From positions 4,234 to 68,233 of IMG/VR virus record IMGVR_UViG_3300032235_000715: a stretch of 64,000 nucleotides of DNA; one strand, written 5' to 3'. The DNA comes from a virus. The position numbers were made by a program, and so were the translations under genes. Below are positions 21,501-31,054 of this stretch, in pieces (the first letter of the stretch is position 1; each line of letters begins with the position of its first letter). The notes beneath the pieces were generated by a model. The model was not told the DNA's origin, made no database searches, and saw only the letters and a program-made list of their open reading frames with translations.

Positions 21501-23068
21501 CTGTTGGTAGAGATGCTCTGTTCTCTCTTGTTTCTATAGCAAGTACAAATGAACTTGTTCTAGATAATGTACAAGGTGATTTCTCAATTGCTGGAACTGG
21601 TAAAACAGTACAATACATTAATAATTCGGGATTAACAACCACTTTAAATTCAACTTCAGGTGGAAATGTACAAATTTCGGATATTAATGTAGAAAGCGAT
21701 GGTTTACATATCGTTGTAAATCATAAGAACCACGGAATGTATTTTAATGACAACTATGTAAGAATTTCTGGTGTAGAATCAGATGTACCACCAACTAAAT
21801 TAACCGTAGATTACTTATTGGAGAATACTATAACTGTTGAGAATAGCTCTAATTTCTCAACCTTCGAAGGAGTTGGTGTAGGAACAACTAATCCAGGTTA
21901 CGCATTAATTGGCAATAGATTATTTGAATATACTTCTGTCGAAAGCGGAGTTCTTAATGATGTAACTAATCTTGGATACATTGACCCAGTATTTACTAAT
22001 AATTTGTTGATTCAGTGTATTATACCATATCAAGCAGGAACTCCTGTTTACAAGTATGAATTGGGTGGAGTCTCTTTAAAAAGAATCAATGCTACGCATT
22101 ATCTTGCAAATACAAGTGTTACTGATCCAATATCATTTGATTCATACAACATTAAGGTTCAAATGGACTTGAATGGAATTGATCGATCTAATGGATCTAG
22201 TTTCCCCAAACTATACTTAAATCAAACTAAGTCTGCTGGTGGATTCAATACAAAAGCAACCCAAAATATACCATTTGAATTGATGACTCCTTCAGTGCAA
22301 AATATTACTGTACAAGGGACTACAATTAATGCAGAGGTTAGAACAATTACTGGATCAAGTATTAGTGGCAACGAAATTCCTTTTGTAAATAGTGGATTTG
22401 AACCAGTTACAATAAACAAAACTAACTATTTTACAACTCCAAGAATTATTGCATCCAAGATAAATGAAGATGCTAAGTTGGGATCATTGATGGGTAAAAA
22501 GTCTATGAATTTAAGACTTTTCTTAAATTCAGTAGATTCGAGAGTAAGTCCAGTTATTGATACTCAAAGAGTTAATGTAGTATTAACTTCAAATAGAATC
22601 AATAAGGTAATTACTAATTATGCGACTGATAATAGAGTGAATACAATTGGAACTGACCCATCATCATTCCAATATATCTCTAAAGAAATTGGTTTAGAAA
22701 ATCCAGCTACTTCTATTAAAATTCTATTAGATGCTCACATTAATAATTACTGTGATATAAGAGCATTTTACGCAATTGGCGAAAATCAAAACTTTATACC
22801 TATTTTTACACCTTATCCAGGATATAATAATCTTGATGCTAGAAAACAAATCATAAACTTTGAGAATAGTAATGGACTTCCTGATGTATTTGTTCAACCA
22901 TCACTGTCCTTTGGATTTGAAACTAACAATATTGATTTTAGAGAATATAGTTTTACTGCCGACCAATTGCCTTCATTCAGATTCTATAGAATTAAATTAG
23001 TTCTTACATCGACGAATCAAGTTTATCCACCAAGAATTAGAAACCTAAGAGTCATTGCATTAGCATAA
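15536..23068 (+). CDS. Large virion structural protein, VrlC/DUF4815-like (2510 aa)
   Basis: NLNVSPYFDDFD...KVLFKPGYPIQARELTTLQ, APGADRLKI, DRFKSGFFVDNF, DPLAQSF motifs; follows gp8 as in cyanophages. Confidence 0.85.
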   Translation: MSQVTNLNVSPYFDDFDANNDYHKVLFKPGYPIQARELTTLQTILQNQVEKFGQHFFKEGAKVIPGNTSYNQFYYAVELNNTYLGVPLDAYVEQLVGSKITGQTSGITAVVEKVLLSTDSERGNVTLYVNYLSSSTQNNSTVQFLDGESISSNVTITSGLLGNTSISAGTPFGITVTSNATSIGSAFSITEGVYFIRGYFVTVNTETLILDQYSNTPNYRVGLFVNEEIINSDIDETLNDNSQGFNNYAAPGADRLKISVSLFKKDLNDFNDNNFIELASIVDGVIKTVRTPKEYNLIQDELARRTYAESGDYYVTPFDLNIKESLNDGVGNRGIFNTGQFTYGGSTPSENLAIYQISPGKAFVRGYEVETVSPVLLDSEKPRTVATLNDLSINYNTGSSLTLNRVFGSPLIGIGNTYVLSLRDSRVGTASTIAAGKEIGVARVYDFRLESGSYDTTNSDLNQWNISLYDVQTTTEVTLNQPITLSVPTFIKGKNSGATAFLKNSVTNSASIVLYQKNGEFIPNESFIIDGINNNRVAIAITSYGITDIKSVHGIVGSATTFNADTVQSDYFNVGIATISASSGGISTITSSNENFPGKIVKSGNLVRFSNGSSSLPVYASVVSVGKTTISISGVATVTGINQGGLPTSLLNVSDLKILGTKLSKSTDDTLYTVLPRPNISSVDLTNASLTIRKTFNVTIADNQLSTPVTAGENETFLPFDEERYTLMRSDGRTEVLTSDKFDFINGSTQIQIYNLGSNGSATLVATLRKIKPKSKIKLKNRVNSILVDKSKYEASGLGATTLNDGLTYGNYPYGTRVQDESISLNVPDIVNVYGVYESRTTADPSAPTFVLSSINGPTTKTTDLIIGEQFVGQLSGAIGVYAERLTDSQISFIPLNENTFKEGETITFAESNIQAIITTIDASSSSISSNFKFDNGQKGSFYGYGAINRVPSSPEPSKKIKVYFASGYYQGSDNGDITTVESYRGFDYKKDIQIINSVRNSDMIDIRPRVSPYTVAVNSRSPLEFYGRLFNGSGNSSANILASDESIVTTFSYYLGRIDRIYVRKDGTFQVKYGVPSEKPEKPVNVEDALEIATVTLPPYLFDISQASVQFLEHKRYRMVDIKQLENRIKNLEYYTALSTLESSTANLFVPDSSGLDRFKSGFFVDNFSSLNSQESGVPFENSIDPKNKELRPKHYTTAIDLIAGPVEGVDSQADLAFEAPEGNNIRKTGDLITLDYAEVEWLKQIFATRTESVTPFIISFWQGTVELTPATDTWIDTVRLDAKIINVEGNYAQTMALAQQQFNVDPQTGYSPTVWGAWETNWTGKEVIETVKTRTDTSYNYGYYGNWWWGWPYGYGYGYWGHYGYYGWRRGYTTTTVTQDNYREVKETGVQSRTGTTTFVSEQFDKESIGDKVVSRDLVQYLRSRNIQFVAKNVKPLTQIYAFFDGVDVTKYCTPKLLEITMVSGVFAVGETVIGTIQKTGLNVTVINESDPRITFRIAQSNHKEGPYNVPSSTYPLNPYTSQTLPATYSSTSTILNVDTFSLCAQYQGEFSGWVQSGMTLVGKTSGARATIANVRLISDVYTSLIGSFYIPNPNISVNPRFENGSKTFTLINSIINDRNLASTVSEEKFISSGTIETVQENIISTRNARIEQKQDLQQNNVSRTTGAQLVSSNVISKTTNWNRCPWWDPLAQSFLVQEESGIFLTKCDIFFKTKDDAEVPVLFQIRTMQGGYPTQTVLPFSEITLEPDQVNISNDGSVPTSFVFKSPVYLEGGKEYSIVIGSNSNKYNVFISRSGEVDILTQSYVNQPYLGSLFKSQNASTWEPSQWEDLKFTLYRADFLTSGSVEFYSPELSLGNSQVPTLLPNSLNLNSRKVRIGLSSALSDNNLTLGNTVLQQGTNATGNYVGNAGIATGTLQVINAGIGYTPSSGSLTFSGVDLVTVTGSGRNAKANITISNGVAIAATVSVSGNGYQVGDVLGISTLGASSVGRDALFSLVSIASTNELVLDNVQGDFSIAGTGKTVQYINNSGLTTTLNSTSGGNVQISDINVESDGLHIVVNHKNHGMYFNDNYVRISGVESDVPPTKLTVDYLLENTITVENSSNFSTFEGVGVGTTNPGYALIGNRLFEYTSVESGVLNDVTNLGYIDPVFTNNLLIQCIIPYQAGTPVYKYELGGVSLKRINATHYLANTSVTDPISFDSYNIKVQMDLNGIDRSNGSSFPKLYLNQTKSAGGFNTKATQNIPFELMTPSVQNITVQGTTINAEVRTITGSSISGNEIPFVNSGFEPVTINKTNYFTTPRIIASKINEDAKLGSLMGKKSMNLRLFLNSVDSRVSPVIDTQRVNVVLTSNRINKVITNYATDNRVNTIGTDPSSFQYISKEIGLENPATSIKILLDAHINNYCDIRAFYAIGENQNFIPIFTPYPGYNNLDARKQIINFENSNGLPDVFVQPSLSFGFETNNIDFREYSFTADQLPSFRFYRIKLVLTSTNQVYPPRIRNLRVIALA

Positions 23069-23073
23069 TTGAA

Positions 23074-23301
23074 ATGGATTATTTAAGAGTTGAAGGTCAC
23101 AACAGTCTCCTTAGAGACCCAAATACGAATTCTATTATTAACACAAATATGTCAGAATATCAACAATACATTTCTAGAAGAAATGTAAAAACTGAAGAAG
23201 ATCAGAAATTGGAGAATTTGGAGTCTGATGTGACTAATATAAAAAATGATTTAAATGAAATAAAATCTTTACTTAGGAGTTTGATTGATGGATCCCGATA
23301 A
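23074..23301 (+). CDS. Conserved small hypothetical protein with C-terminal coiled coil
   Basis: VEGHNSLLRDPNTNSIIN followed by a heptad-like tail; tightly packed in the operon. Confidence 0.75.
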   Translation: MDYLRVEGHNSLLRDPNTNSIINTNMSEYQQYISRRNVKTEEDQKLENLESDVTNIKNDLNEIKSLLRSLIDGSR

Positions 23302-23467
23302 AATAGAACTTGAAAATTTGAGCAAAAGTTTCGAATACTTCAAAGTAGCAGCAGAAATTGATAGTATTGACAATTTAGATGATGCAAAAAACATCGCAAA
23401 GTGTTACTTTAAACTATATTTGAAGCAACAAGAAGTTGTTGCACAACTCATAACATTCAAACCCTAA
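23288..23467 (+). CDS. Small hypothetical protein
   Basis: MDPDKIELENLSKSFEY...KLYLKQQEVV; ATG at 23288 preferred to the TTG at 23285; ggag upstream. Confidence 0.65.
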   Translation: MDPDKIELENLSKSFEYFKVAAEIDSIDNLDDAKNIAKCYFKLYLKQQEVVAQLITFKP

Positions 23468-23490
23468 ATATTTTTAAAGAGTGTAGATAA

Positions 23491-24339
23491 ATGGCGCAAC
23501 CATCTACTAGACAAGAACTAATAGATTACTGCAAAAGAAAACTGGGAGCGCCAGTTTTGGAAATCAACGTTGCTGATGAGCAAATTGAAGATCTAGTAGA
23601 TGATGCTGTTCAATTCTTCCAAGAGCGTCATTTTGATGGTGTCTATCCAACATTCTACAAATATAAAGTAACTGCAGATGACATTGCTCGCGGAAAAGCG
23701 AAGGGAATAAATCCAAATAGTGTTGGAATTGTTACAACAACAGCAACTGCAAATATAGTAGGAACTGCTACAACTTTTTCATATTATGAAAATAGTAACT
23801 ATCTTCAAGTCCCACCAAATGTAATTGGAGTGAATAAGATTTTCACTTTTGATGGCGCTAATACCATTACACATAATATGTTTAGCGTTAAATATCAGTT
23901 ATTCTTAAACGATATTTACTATTGGGGGACAACTGAACTATTAAGTTACGCAATGGTTAAAACGTATTTGGAAGATTTGGACTTTCTTTTAAATACACAA
24001 AAACAAATTAGATTTAATAAGAGGCAAGACAGACTATACCTTGATATTGATTGGGGATCAGTTACAGAAAATCATTTTTTTGTTATTGACTGCTATTCTA
24101 CTTTAGATCCAAATGATTATTCTAGAGTTTGGAACGACTCCTTCATCAAACCATATTTAACTTCACTAATTAAAAAACAGTGGGGACAAAATATGATGAA
24201 ATTTACTGGTGTTAAGTTACCGGGCGGAGTTGAGTTAAATGGAAGACAAATGTATGATGATGCACAGAGGGAAATAGATATTTTAATGGAAAAAATGTCC
24301 AGTACATACGAACTTCCTCCCTACGATATGATCGGTTAA
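23491..24339 (+). CDS. gp13: Neck protein gp13
   Basis: RQELIDYCKRKLGAPVLEINV...KKQWGQNMMKFTGVKLPGGVELNG. Confidence 0.95.
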   Translation: MAQPSTRQELIDYCKRKLGAPVLEINVADEQIEDLVDDAVQFFQERHFDGVYPTFYKYKVTADDIARGKAKGINPNSVGIVTTTATANIVGTATTFSYYENSNYLQVPPNVIGVNKIFTFDGANTITHNMFSVKYQLFLNDIYYWGTTELLSYAMVKTYLEDLDFLLNTQKQIRFNKRQDRLYLDIDWGSVTENHFFVIDCYSTLDPNDYSRVWNDSFIKPYLTSLIKKQWGQNMMKFTGVKLPGGVELNGRQMYDDAQREIDILMEKMSSTYELPPYDMIG

Positions 24340-24342
24340 TCC

Positions 24343-25749
24343 ATGCTAAATCCATTTTTCTTACAAGGATCAAAATCAGAGCAAGGTCTTATTCAAGATT
24401 TGATTAACGAACAGTTGAGGATGTATGGCGTTGAGGTTTATTATTTGCCACGAAAATACATTACCGAAAAGACAGTAATAAGAGAATTAATAGAATCACA
24501 GTTCACTAATGCTTATCCAATAGAAGCATATGTTGATAGTTTTGATGGATATGGTGACAATCCGACAATACTTTCAAAATTTGGAATTCAGGCACTTAAT
24601 GAAATAACTCTAATAATTTCAAGAGAAAGATTTAAAAATTATATCTCTCCATTAATTGGCGGTCAACCAAACATTAAATTATCAACAAGACCAAAAGAAG
24701 GAGATTTGATTTGGTTTCCTCTGGGAGATAGACTATTTGAAATCAAGTATGTTGAACACGAAAAACCATTTTATCAACTACAAGGAATTTATACATATGA
24801 GTTAAGGTGCGAACTCTTTAGATATGAAGATGAAATTATTAATACCGGTATAGAAGATATTGATGATACAATCTCCGGTTCCGATAATCAAGATTCTGCT
24901 CCTGTTGGGAATATACAAAAACTTACAATGGTTGGGGTTGCGGTTACTGCTACTGCATCAGCAGGAATTGTCAATGGAGGAATTAGATTTATTACAGTAA
25001 CTAATCGTGGAGGGGGATACACGAGTGTTCCCACGGTTGGAATTTCTTCTGCTTCTTCTGGAGGAAAAACTGCAACTGCAATTGCTAAGATGATAGGTGG
25101 AATTGTTGTTTGTAATGATAATACAAATCCATCTGCACAGTCTGTTCAAAGTGTTGAGATAGTTAATCCAGGATATGGATACACTGTTGCACCTGGAATT
25201 AGATTCGTTGGCGGAGAAGGTAGTGGGGCAACGGCAACGGCAACTATCGGTGATGGAGTTGTTGGTATCATAACTGTTACAAATTCTGGGTCTGGATATG
25301 TAACTCCTCCCGCAATTACAATTAGCGGAATTTCTACAGTCTCTGCTGCTGCTACTGCTGTCGTTTCTGTCGCAGGTACTATTGCCCAAATCAGAATTAC
25401 AAATGCTGGACTTGGTTACAGTGTTGCCCCTACTATAACAATAGCATCACCAAGCGTTATTGGTATAGGTACATTTATATTTAACGAAGTGGTAACAGGA
25501 TCTCAAAGTGGTGTTACTGCAAGAGTTAGATCTTGGAATTCTGTAACTAATATTTTAGAAGTTTCTAATGTCAATGGACAATTTACTGCCGGCGAGAGTA
25601 TTGTTGGAGCAGCGTCAAGTGCTTCTTATAAATTGAGGTCTACAGATGTATTCGCTATGAAAGATGGATTTACTAATAATGAAGAAATTGAAAGTGAAGC
25701 AAATAAAATTGTAGATTTTAGTGAAAGAAATCCTTTTGGAATGCCATAA
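24343..25749 (+). CDS. gp14: Neck protein gp14 with inserted beta-repeat region
   Basis: LNPFF...EQLRMYGVEVYYLPR, RPKEGDLIWFP, PFYQL, C-terminal DFSERNPFG. Confidence 0.93.
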   Translation: MLNPFFLQGSKSEQGLIQDLINEQLRMYGVEVYYLPRKYITEKTVIRELIESQFTNAYPIEAYVDSFDGYGDNPTILSKFGIQALNEITLIISRERFKNYISPLIGGQPNIKLSTRPKEGDLIWFPLGDRLFEIKYVEHEKPFYQLQGIYTYELRCELFRYEDEIINTGIEDIDDTISGSDNQDSAPVGNIQKLTMVGVAVTATASAGIVNGGIRFITVTNRGGGYTSVPTVGISSASSGGKTATAIAKMIGGIVVCNDNTNPSAQSVQSVEIVNPGYGYTVAPGIRFVGGEGSGATATATIGDGVVGIITVTNSGSGYVTPPAITISGISTVSAAATAVVSVAGTIAQIRITNAGLGYSVAPTITIASPSVIGIGTFIFNEVVTGSQSGVTARVRSWNSVTNILEVSNVNGQFTAGESIVGAASSASYKLRSTDVFAMKDGFTNNEEIESEANKIVDFSERNPFGMP

Positions 25750-25801
25750 ACCATAAATAAAAGTTATTATGTTTAAATAATAACATAAAGGTTTATAAGA
25801 C

Positions 25802-26803
25802 ATGTTTGAGTATTTTTATCACGAAATTCTAAGAAGAACTGTTATTGCTTTCGGTTCTTTGTTCAATGAGATAAGTATAAAGCACACTAATAATAGTGGA
25901 GCTGTTACTAATGTCATTAAAGTTCCTCTTGCTTACGGACCAACGCAAAAATTTCTGGCAAGATTAGAACAATCTCCAGATTTAAGCAAACCAGTTCAAA
26001 TTACATTGCCAAGAATGTCATTTGAGTTCACTGGTTTAAATTATGATTCAACAAGGAAATCAACCACTACTCAAACATTTACTGCAAAATCAGCAGAAGA
26101 CGGAAAAGAAACTAAAAAGGTATATCTTCCAGTTCCATATAACATGCAATTTGAACTTAGCATTATGTCTAAGTTAAATGATGATGCTCTTCAAATTATT
26201 GAACAAATTTTACCATATTTTCAACCAGCATATACGATGAGTGTAGAGTTGGTTGATATTATTAATGAGAAGAGGGACATACCAGTTGTTCTTGAAAATA
26301 TTACAATGCAGGACGACTATGAAGGAAATTTCACTACAAGAAGAGTATTAATTTATACTTTAAGATTTACTGTTAAAACTTATCTGTTTGGTCCAGTTTC
26401 TTCTGCTTCCAAGGATATTATCAAGAAAACCACAATTGGTTACGTTGCTGGAGATACTACAAATACACCAACCAGAGAAATTGTATATTCGGCTCAACCA
26501 AGAGCTATCAAGAATTACACAGGAACAGTTGTTACAAATCTTACAAAAGATATTACCACGGAAGATATACTCATTACGGTAGACAATGCAAGTTCTATAT
26601 CAGTAAATACTTACTTAGATCTTGAGGGTGAGGAAGTATTCGTAAGGTCCAAGGCAGGAAATGTTCTTACTGTGGATAGAGGTAGAGATAATACAACGAT
26701 AACCTCACACTTAGCAGGATCTTCGGTCAAATCTATTACAACTACAGATAATACGTTAATTGAAGATGGCGATGACTTTGGATTTAATGGTATTAATTTA
26801 TGA
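25802..26803 (+). CDS. gp15: Tail sheath stabilizer/terminator gp15
   Basis: YFYHEILRRTVIAFGSLFN, VPLAYGPTQKFLARL, LPRMSFE, QIIEQILPYFQP. Confidence 0.95.
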   Translation: MFEYFYHEILRRTVIAFGSLFNEISIKHTNNSGAVTNVIKVPLAYGPTQKFLARLEQSPDLSKPVQITLPRMSFEFTGLNYDSTRKSTTTQTFTAKSAEDGKETKKVYLPVPYNMQFELSIMSKLNDDALQIIEQILPYFQPAYTMSVELVDIINEKRDIPVVLENITMQDDYEGNFTTRRVLIYTLRFTVKTYLFGPVSSASKDIIKKTTIGYVAGDTTNTPTREIVYSAQPRAIKNYTGTVVTNLTKDITTEDILITVDNASSISVNTYLDLEGEEVFVRSKAGNVLTVDRGRDNTTITSHLAGSSVKSITTTDNTLIEDGDDFGFNGINL

Positions 26804-27231
26804 AAATGACAAAAAAATTTGACAGTTTAAACGATGCCTTTAATGTTGAAGGTGAAATAGTTCCTATTGAAACTAAAAGTGAAATTGAAAAAATAGAGAC
26901 AATTGCCTCTACCGTTGATGATATTAAAAAAGATTATAACTATACAAGAGGAAATTTATATTCGTTAATAGAAAAAGGTCAAGAAGCAATTAATGGTATT
27001 CTTGAACTTGCTCAAGAAAGTGAGATGCCTCGTGCATATGAGGTTGCAGGACAACTTATCAAAAACGTTGCTGATGCCACGGATAAATTAATGGATCTCC
27101 AGAAGAAACTTAAAGATATTGAAGAAGAAAAACAAAAAGGACCAACAACAGTTAACAATGCACTTTTTGTTGGATCTACAGCAGAATTGGCAAAACTTCT
27201 AAAGCAACAAACTGAAGGAAGTGTAGAATAA
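26800..27231 (+). CDS. gp16: Terminase small subunit gp16
   Basis: DYNYTRGNLY...PRAYEVAGQLIK...NNALFVGSTAEL. Confidence 0.93.
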   Translation: MKMTKKFDSLNDAFNVEGEIVPIETKSEIEKIETIASTVDDIKKDYNYTRGNLYSLIEKGQEAINGILELAQESEMPRAYEVAGQLIKNVADATDKLMDLQKKLKDIEEEKQKGPTTVNNALFVGSTAELAKLLKQQTEGSVE

Positions 27232-27257
27232 TAAATATAAAAAGATATTCATTTTTT

Positions 27258-29135
27258 ATGCCCAAAATCAAGTCGCATAAAACCGTTGAGCAAATTGCAA
27301 AGAAGCATCGTCTTGATGTTTCTTTTATACAAAAGCAACTTGATATTGGAGAACCTATTGAACATGAGCACACTCAAGATCATGAACTTGCTCGTAATAT
27401 TGCTCTTCAACACTTAGATGAGATTCCAGACTATTATACTCGTTTGAAAAAAATGGAAGCAGATGCCAAGAAGCATCATAAAAAATTTAAAGATATTAAA
27501 GAAGAAGGTCTTCGTGATTGGTTTGGTAAATCTAAATCAAAAGATGGAAAATCTGGATGGGTGAACGTTGTAACTGGCGGAACTTGTGCAAGTGACGAGC
27601 CTGGGGAAGGAGTTCCAAAATGCGTATCCTCTTCCAAAAGAGCAAGCATGACTAAAGCAGAAAGACTTTCTGCGTCAAGAAGAAAAAAAGCAGCAGACTC
27701 TGATCAGCAACAAAAATCGAATGCTGCAAAACCAACTTATGTTTCTACCGATTCACCTAGAAATAAAATGAAAGAAGAAATGGACGTACAAGAAGCAAAA
27801 GATAAACCAAGTAAGGGTAGTGGTAAAAAGGATGCTTGTTACCATAAGGTAAAATCTAGATATTCTGTTTGGCCAAGTGCATATGCTTCTGGAGCACTTG
27901 TAAAATGTCGTAATGTTGGCGCAGATAACTGGGGAACTAAATCGGAGGAAACTATGCACGAAGAAGAAAGATACTGTCCTTTATGTGACAAGAGAGAAAC
28001 AAGATCCGAGTGCTCTTATGGAGAGAAAGCATGGGATAAGGTTTCTGTAAAGGATGAAGAGTACTCAATGGCAAGATCAGAACTCAAAACCATTGAAGAT
28101 GCAGTAAAAAGGATCAAATCAAAAGTTGGTAAAGGTGAGGGAGATCTAGAAGCATGGGTTCAGTCAAAAATTACTAAAGCAGCAGATTATATCGATACTG
28201 CAGCAGATTATATTGCAAGCGGAGAAATGGAAGAATCTTTTGGGTATGAGATAGATCCAGAAAAACATAAAAAAACTAAAATGTCATCCGCGGCAAAAAA
28301 AATTGATAATATGACAACCGCACAACAAGCACAATTACCACAAAAAGCAAAGAAAGTTGTTGGTGTTACTTTACCCAAATTTGAAGAAACTTTGGTTGAT
28401 AAAATTACAAGGGAAATATTAGATGAAAAATGTTGGCCAGGTTATAAAAGAAAAAAAGGAACTAAAGAGTTTGATAAAGGTTCTTGCGTAAAAGCAGAAG
28501 ATGTAACTATTGAAGATGCTGACGGAAATACTTTTGCTGAAGTAGTCGATATTATCAAACCAGAACCAATTAGAGGATTTAAGTCTCAAGTAAGTGAGGC
28601 AACAAGACTTCAAGCACAAACTGGAAATGTTATTGCAGTAACTCTTTCTTGGAGAGGAAAATATTATTCACTTAAGATGTTTTTCCCCCAAGTTAAGACT
28701 CCATCAAGAAAAGAAATTAATGATGAACTCCAAAAAGTTTATCCTGGATCTGTCGCAATTTACCATTCAGTTTCTGAAATTCAACCAGGACAACCACTCG
28801 TCCAAATGTGTGGACCTCAGGGGGGAAGTTCAGCAAAACCTGGACCAAATAAAAATTATGTTAAGACCATGGGAGAAGAAGTTGAGTTGGAAGAAGAAGG
28901 TCCCTCTCTGTCTGTAGGTAGAGGAGAAAAACTTCCTGTAAGTAAAGGTGGAGGTCTTACCAAAAAGGGGAGAGAAAAATATAATCGTGCTACGGGATCC
29001 AATTTGCAGGCACCAGTAACTGGAGATGTAGAACCAGGAAGTAAAGCAGCAAAACGACGTAAAGCATTTTGCTCTCGCAGTAGAAGTTGGAAAGGAGAAA
29101 GAGGATTAGCAGCAAGAAGACGTTGGAAGTGTTAA
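27258..29135 (+). CDS. Modular hypothetical protein (DUF5661-like N-terminus, DUF6321-like C-terminus); probable packaged head polyprotein
   Basis: EHEHT...IALQHLDEIPDYYTRL; basic Cys-containing modules separated by acidic linkers; late promoter core AATAAATA at 27230-27237. Confidence 0.7.
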   Translation: MPKIKSHKTVEQIAKKHRLDVSFIQKQLDIGEPIEHEHTQDHELARNIALQHLDEIPDYYTRLKKMEADAKKHHKKFKDIKEEGLRDWFGKSKSKDGKSGWVNVVTGGTCASDEPGEGVPKCVSSSKRASMTKAERLSASRRKKAADSDQQQKSNAAKPTYVSTDSPRNKMKEEMDVQEAKDKPSKGSGKKDACYHKVKSRYSVWPSAYASGALVKCRNVGADNWGTKSEETMHEEERYCPLCDKRETRSECSYGEKAWDKVSVKDEEYSMARSELKTIEDAVKRIKSKVGKGEGDLEAWVQSKITKAADYIDTAADYIASGEMEESFGYEIDPEKHKKTKMSSAAKKIDNMTTAQQAQLPQKAKKVVGVTLPKFEETLVDKITREILDEKCWPGYKRKKGTKEFDKGSCVKAEDVTIEDADGNTFAEVVDIIKPEPIRGFKSQVSEATRLQAQTGNVIAVTLSWRGKYYSLKMFFPQVKTPSRKEINDELQKVYPGSVAIYHSVSEIQPGQPLVQMCGPQGGSSAKPGPNKNYVKTMGEEVELEEEGPSLSVGRGEKLPVSKGGGLTKKGREKYNRATGSNLQAPVTGDVEPGSKAAKRRKAFCSRSRSWKGERGLAARRRWKC

Positions 29136-29176
29136 TTTATTCTTATATTTAAAAAAATAGAGGTTGATTTATTATC

Positions 29177-30823
29177 ATGTCAAATGATGTTTATTTGGGC
29201 AACCCTTTGCTCAAGAAGGCAAATACACCAATCGAATTTACTCAAGATCAAATTATTGAATTTGTTAAGTGTAAAGATGATCCAGTTTATTTTGCAAATA
29301 ATTATGTAAAAATTGTAACCCTTGATCATGGTCTACAAAATTTTAAACCATATCATTTCCAAGAAAAGTTAATCAATAACTTTCATAATCATAGATTTAA
29401 TATATGTAAGATGCCACGACAGACTGGTAAGTCTACAACTGTGGTGTCTTTTTTATTGCATTATGCAGTTTTCAACGATAACGTAAATATTGGTATTCTT
29501 GCAAACAAAGCAGCAACTGCTAGAGAACTTCTAGACCGTCTTCAGACTGCTTATGAGAATCTACCAAAGTGGATGCAACAAGGTATCATATCTTGGAACA
29601 AAGGTTCTCTAGAACTTGAGAATGGTTCAAAGATTTTAGCGGCATCCACTTCTGCATCTGCTGTTCGAGGAATGTCTTTTAACATTCTATTCTTGGACGA
29701 ATTTGCATTCGTTCCAAATCATATTGCAGATTCATTCTTTGCATCTGTTTATCCCACTATTACTTCTGGTAAACAAACCAAAGTTATTATAGTTTCTACA
29801 CCACACGGTATGAATCATTTCTACCGAATGTGGCACGATGCTGAAAAAGGTAAAAATGAATATGTATTTACTGACGTTCATTGGAGTGAAGTTCCGGGAA
29901 GAGACGAGGAATGGAAAAAACAAACTATTGCCAACACTTCCGATCAACAGTTTAAAGTTGAGTTTGAATGTGAATTCTTAGGTTCTGTTGATACTCTTAT
30001 TGCACCATCCAAACTTAGAACACTCGTCTACGATGCCCCTAAGACACGTAGCGCAGGTTTAGATGTTTATGTTGATCCAGAGGACAATCACGATTATCTA
30101 ATCACTGTAGACGTTGCTAGAGGCGTAGGAAATGACTATTCTGCATTTACTATTGTGGACATTACACAGTTTCCTCATAAAATAGTTGGAAAATATAGAA
30201 ATAATGAAATCAAACCAATGCTCTTTCCAAGTATAATTCAGGAAACAGCAACTGCATATAATAATGCTTATATTTTATGTGAGGTTAATGATGTTGGAGA
30301 CCAAGTAGCAAGCATTCTTCAATATGATTTAGAATATAATAATTTGCTAATGTGTTCTATGAGAGGTAGAGCAGGTCAAATCGTTGGACAAGGTTTTTCT
30401 GGAAAGAAAACTCAACTTGGTGTTAAGATGTCAAAAACTGTCAAAAAAGTTGGGTGCTTAAATCTTAAAACAATGATTGAAGAAAGTAAGTTAATATTAA
30501 ACGATTATGAGATTATTAGTGAACTTACTACATTTATCCAAAAACACAATTCATTTGAAGCAGAGGAAGGGTGCAATGATGATCTTGCAATGTGCTTAGT
30601 AATATATGCTTGGTTAGTTGCTCAGGATTATTTCAAAGAGCTTACGGATCAAGATGTTAGAAAAAGATTATATGAAGAGCAAAAAAACCAAATAGAACAA
30701 GACATGTCACCATTTGGTTTTATTTCTGACGGATTAGATAATAGCAGTTTTTTAGATGTCGATGGTGATCGATGGTATGTTGATGAATATGGAGATCGCG
30801 CTTATATGTGGGAATACATGTAA
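29177..30823 (+). CDS. gp17: Terminase large subunit gp17
   Basis: YLGNPLLKKAN, Walker A PRQTGKST, Walker B LFLDEFAF, VSTPHGMNHFY, nuclease motifs DVARG and NDDLAM; no intein seen. Confidence 0.98.
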   Translation: MSNDVYLGNPLLKKANTPIEFTQDQIIEFVKCKDDPVYFANNYVKIVTLDHGLQNFKPYHFQEKLINNFHNHRFNICKMPRQTGKSTTVVSFLLHYAVFNDNVNIGILANKAATARELLDRLQTAYENLPKWMQQGIISWNKGSLELENGSKILAASTSASAVRGMSFNILFLDEFAFVPNHIADSFFASVYPTITSGKQTKVIIVSTPHGMNHFYRMWHDAEKGKNEYVFTDVHWSEVPGRDEEWKKQTIANTSDQQFKVEFECEFLGSVDTLIAPSKLRTLVYDAPKTRSAGLDVYVDPEDNHDYLITVDVARGVGNDYSAFTIVDITQFPHKIVGKYRNNEIKPMLFPSIIQETATAYNNAYILCEVNDVGDQVASILQYDLEYNNLLMCSMRGRAGQIVGQGFSGKKTQLGVKMSKTVKKVGCLNLKTMIEESKLILNDYEIISELTTFIQKHNSFEAEEGCNDDLAMCLVIYAWLVAQDYFKELTDQDVRKRLYEEQKNQIEQDMSPFGFISDGLDNSSFLDVDGDRWYVDEYGDRAYMWEYM

Positions 30824-31054
30824 ATGGATTTAGATAAGCAGATAAAACTTGGACATTTGCTATTAGCAGATAGAAAATGTAGAGTCTGTGGTGAAACAAA
30901 AAACTTAATAGATGCATTTTATAGAACAAGAAAAGATCGTGGTCCAGTTGCATCTTCTTACTCTTATGAGTGCAAAGAGTGTACTATAAAAAGAATTATT
31001 GAACGTAAAAAAGACACACCCCCAGCGATAAACTGGGAATATCCTGATTGGTAG
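30824..31054 (+). CDS. Small zinc-ribbon protein (CRVC...CKEC)
   Basis: Two CxxC pairs, ends EYPDW; lies between gp17 and gp18. Confidence 0.75.
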   Translation: MDLDKQIKLGHLLLADRKCRVCGETKNLIDAFYRTRKDRGPVASSYSYECKECTIKRIIERKKDTPPAINWEYPDW

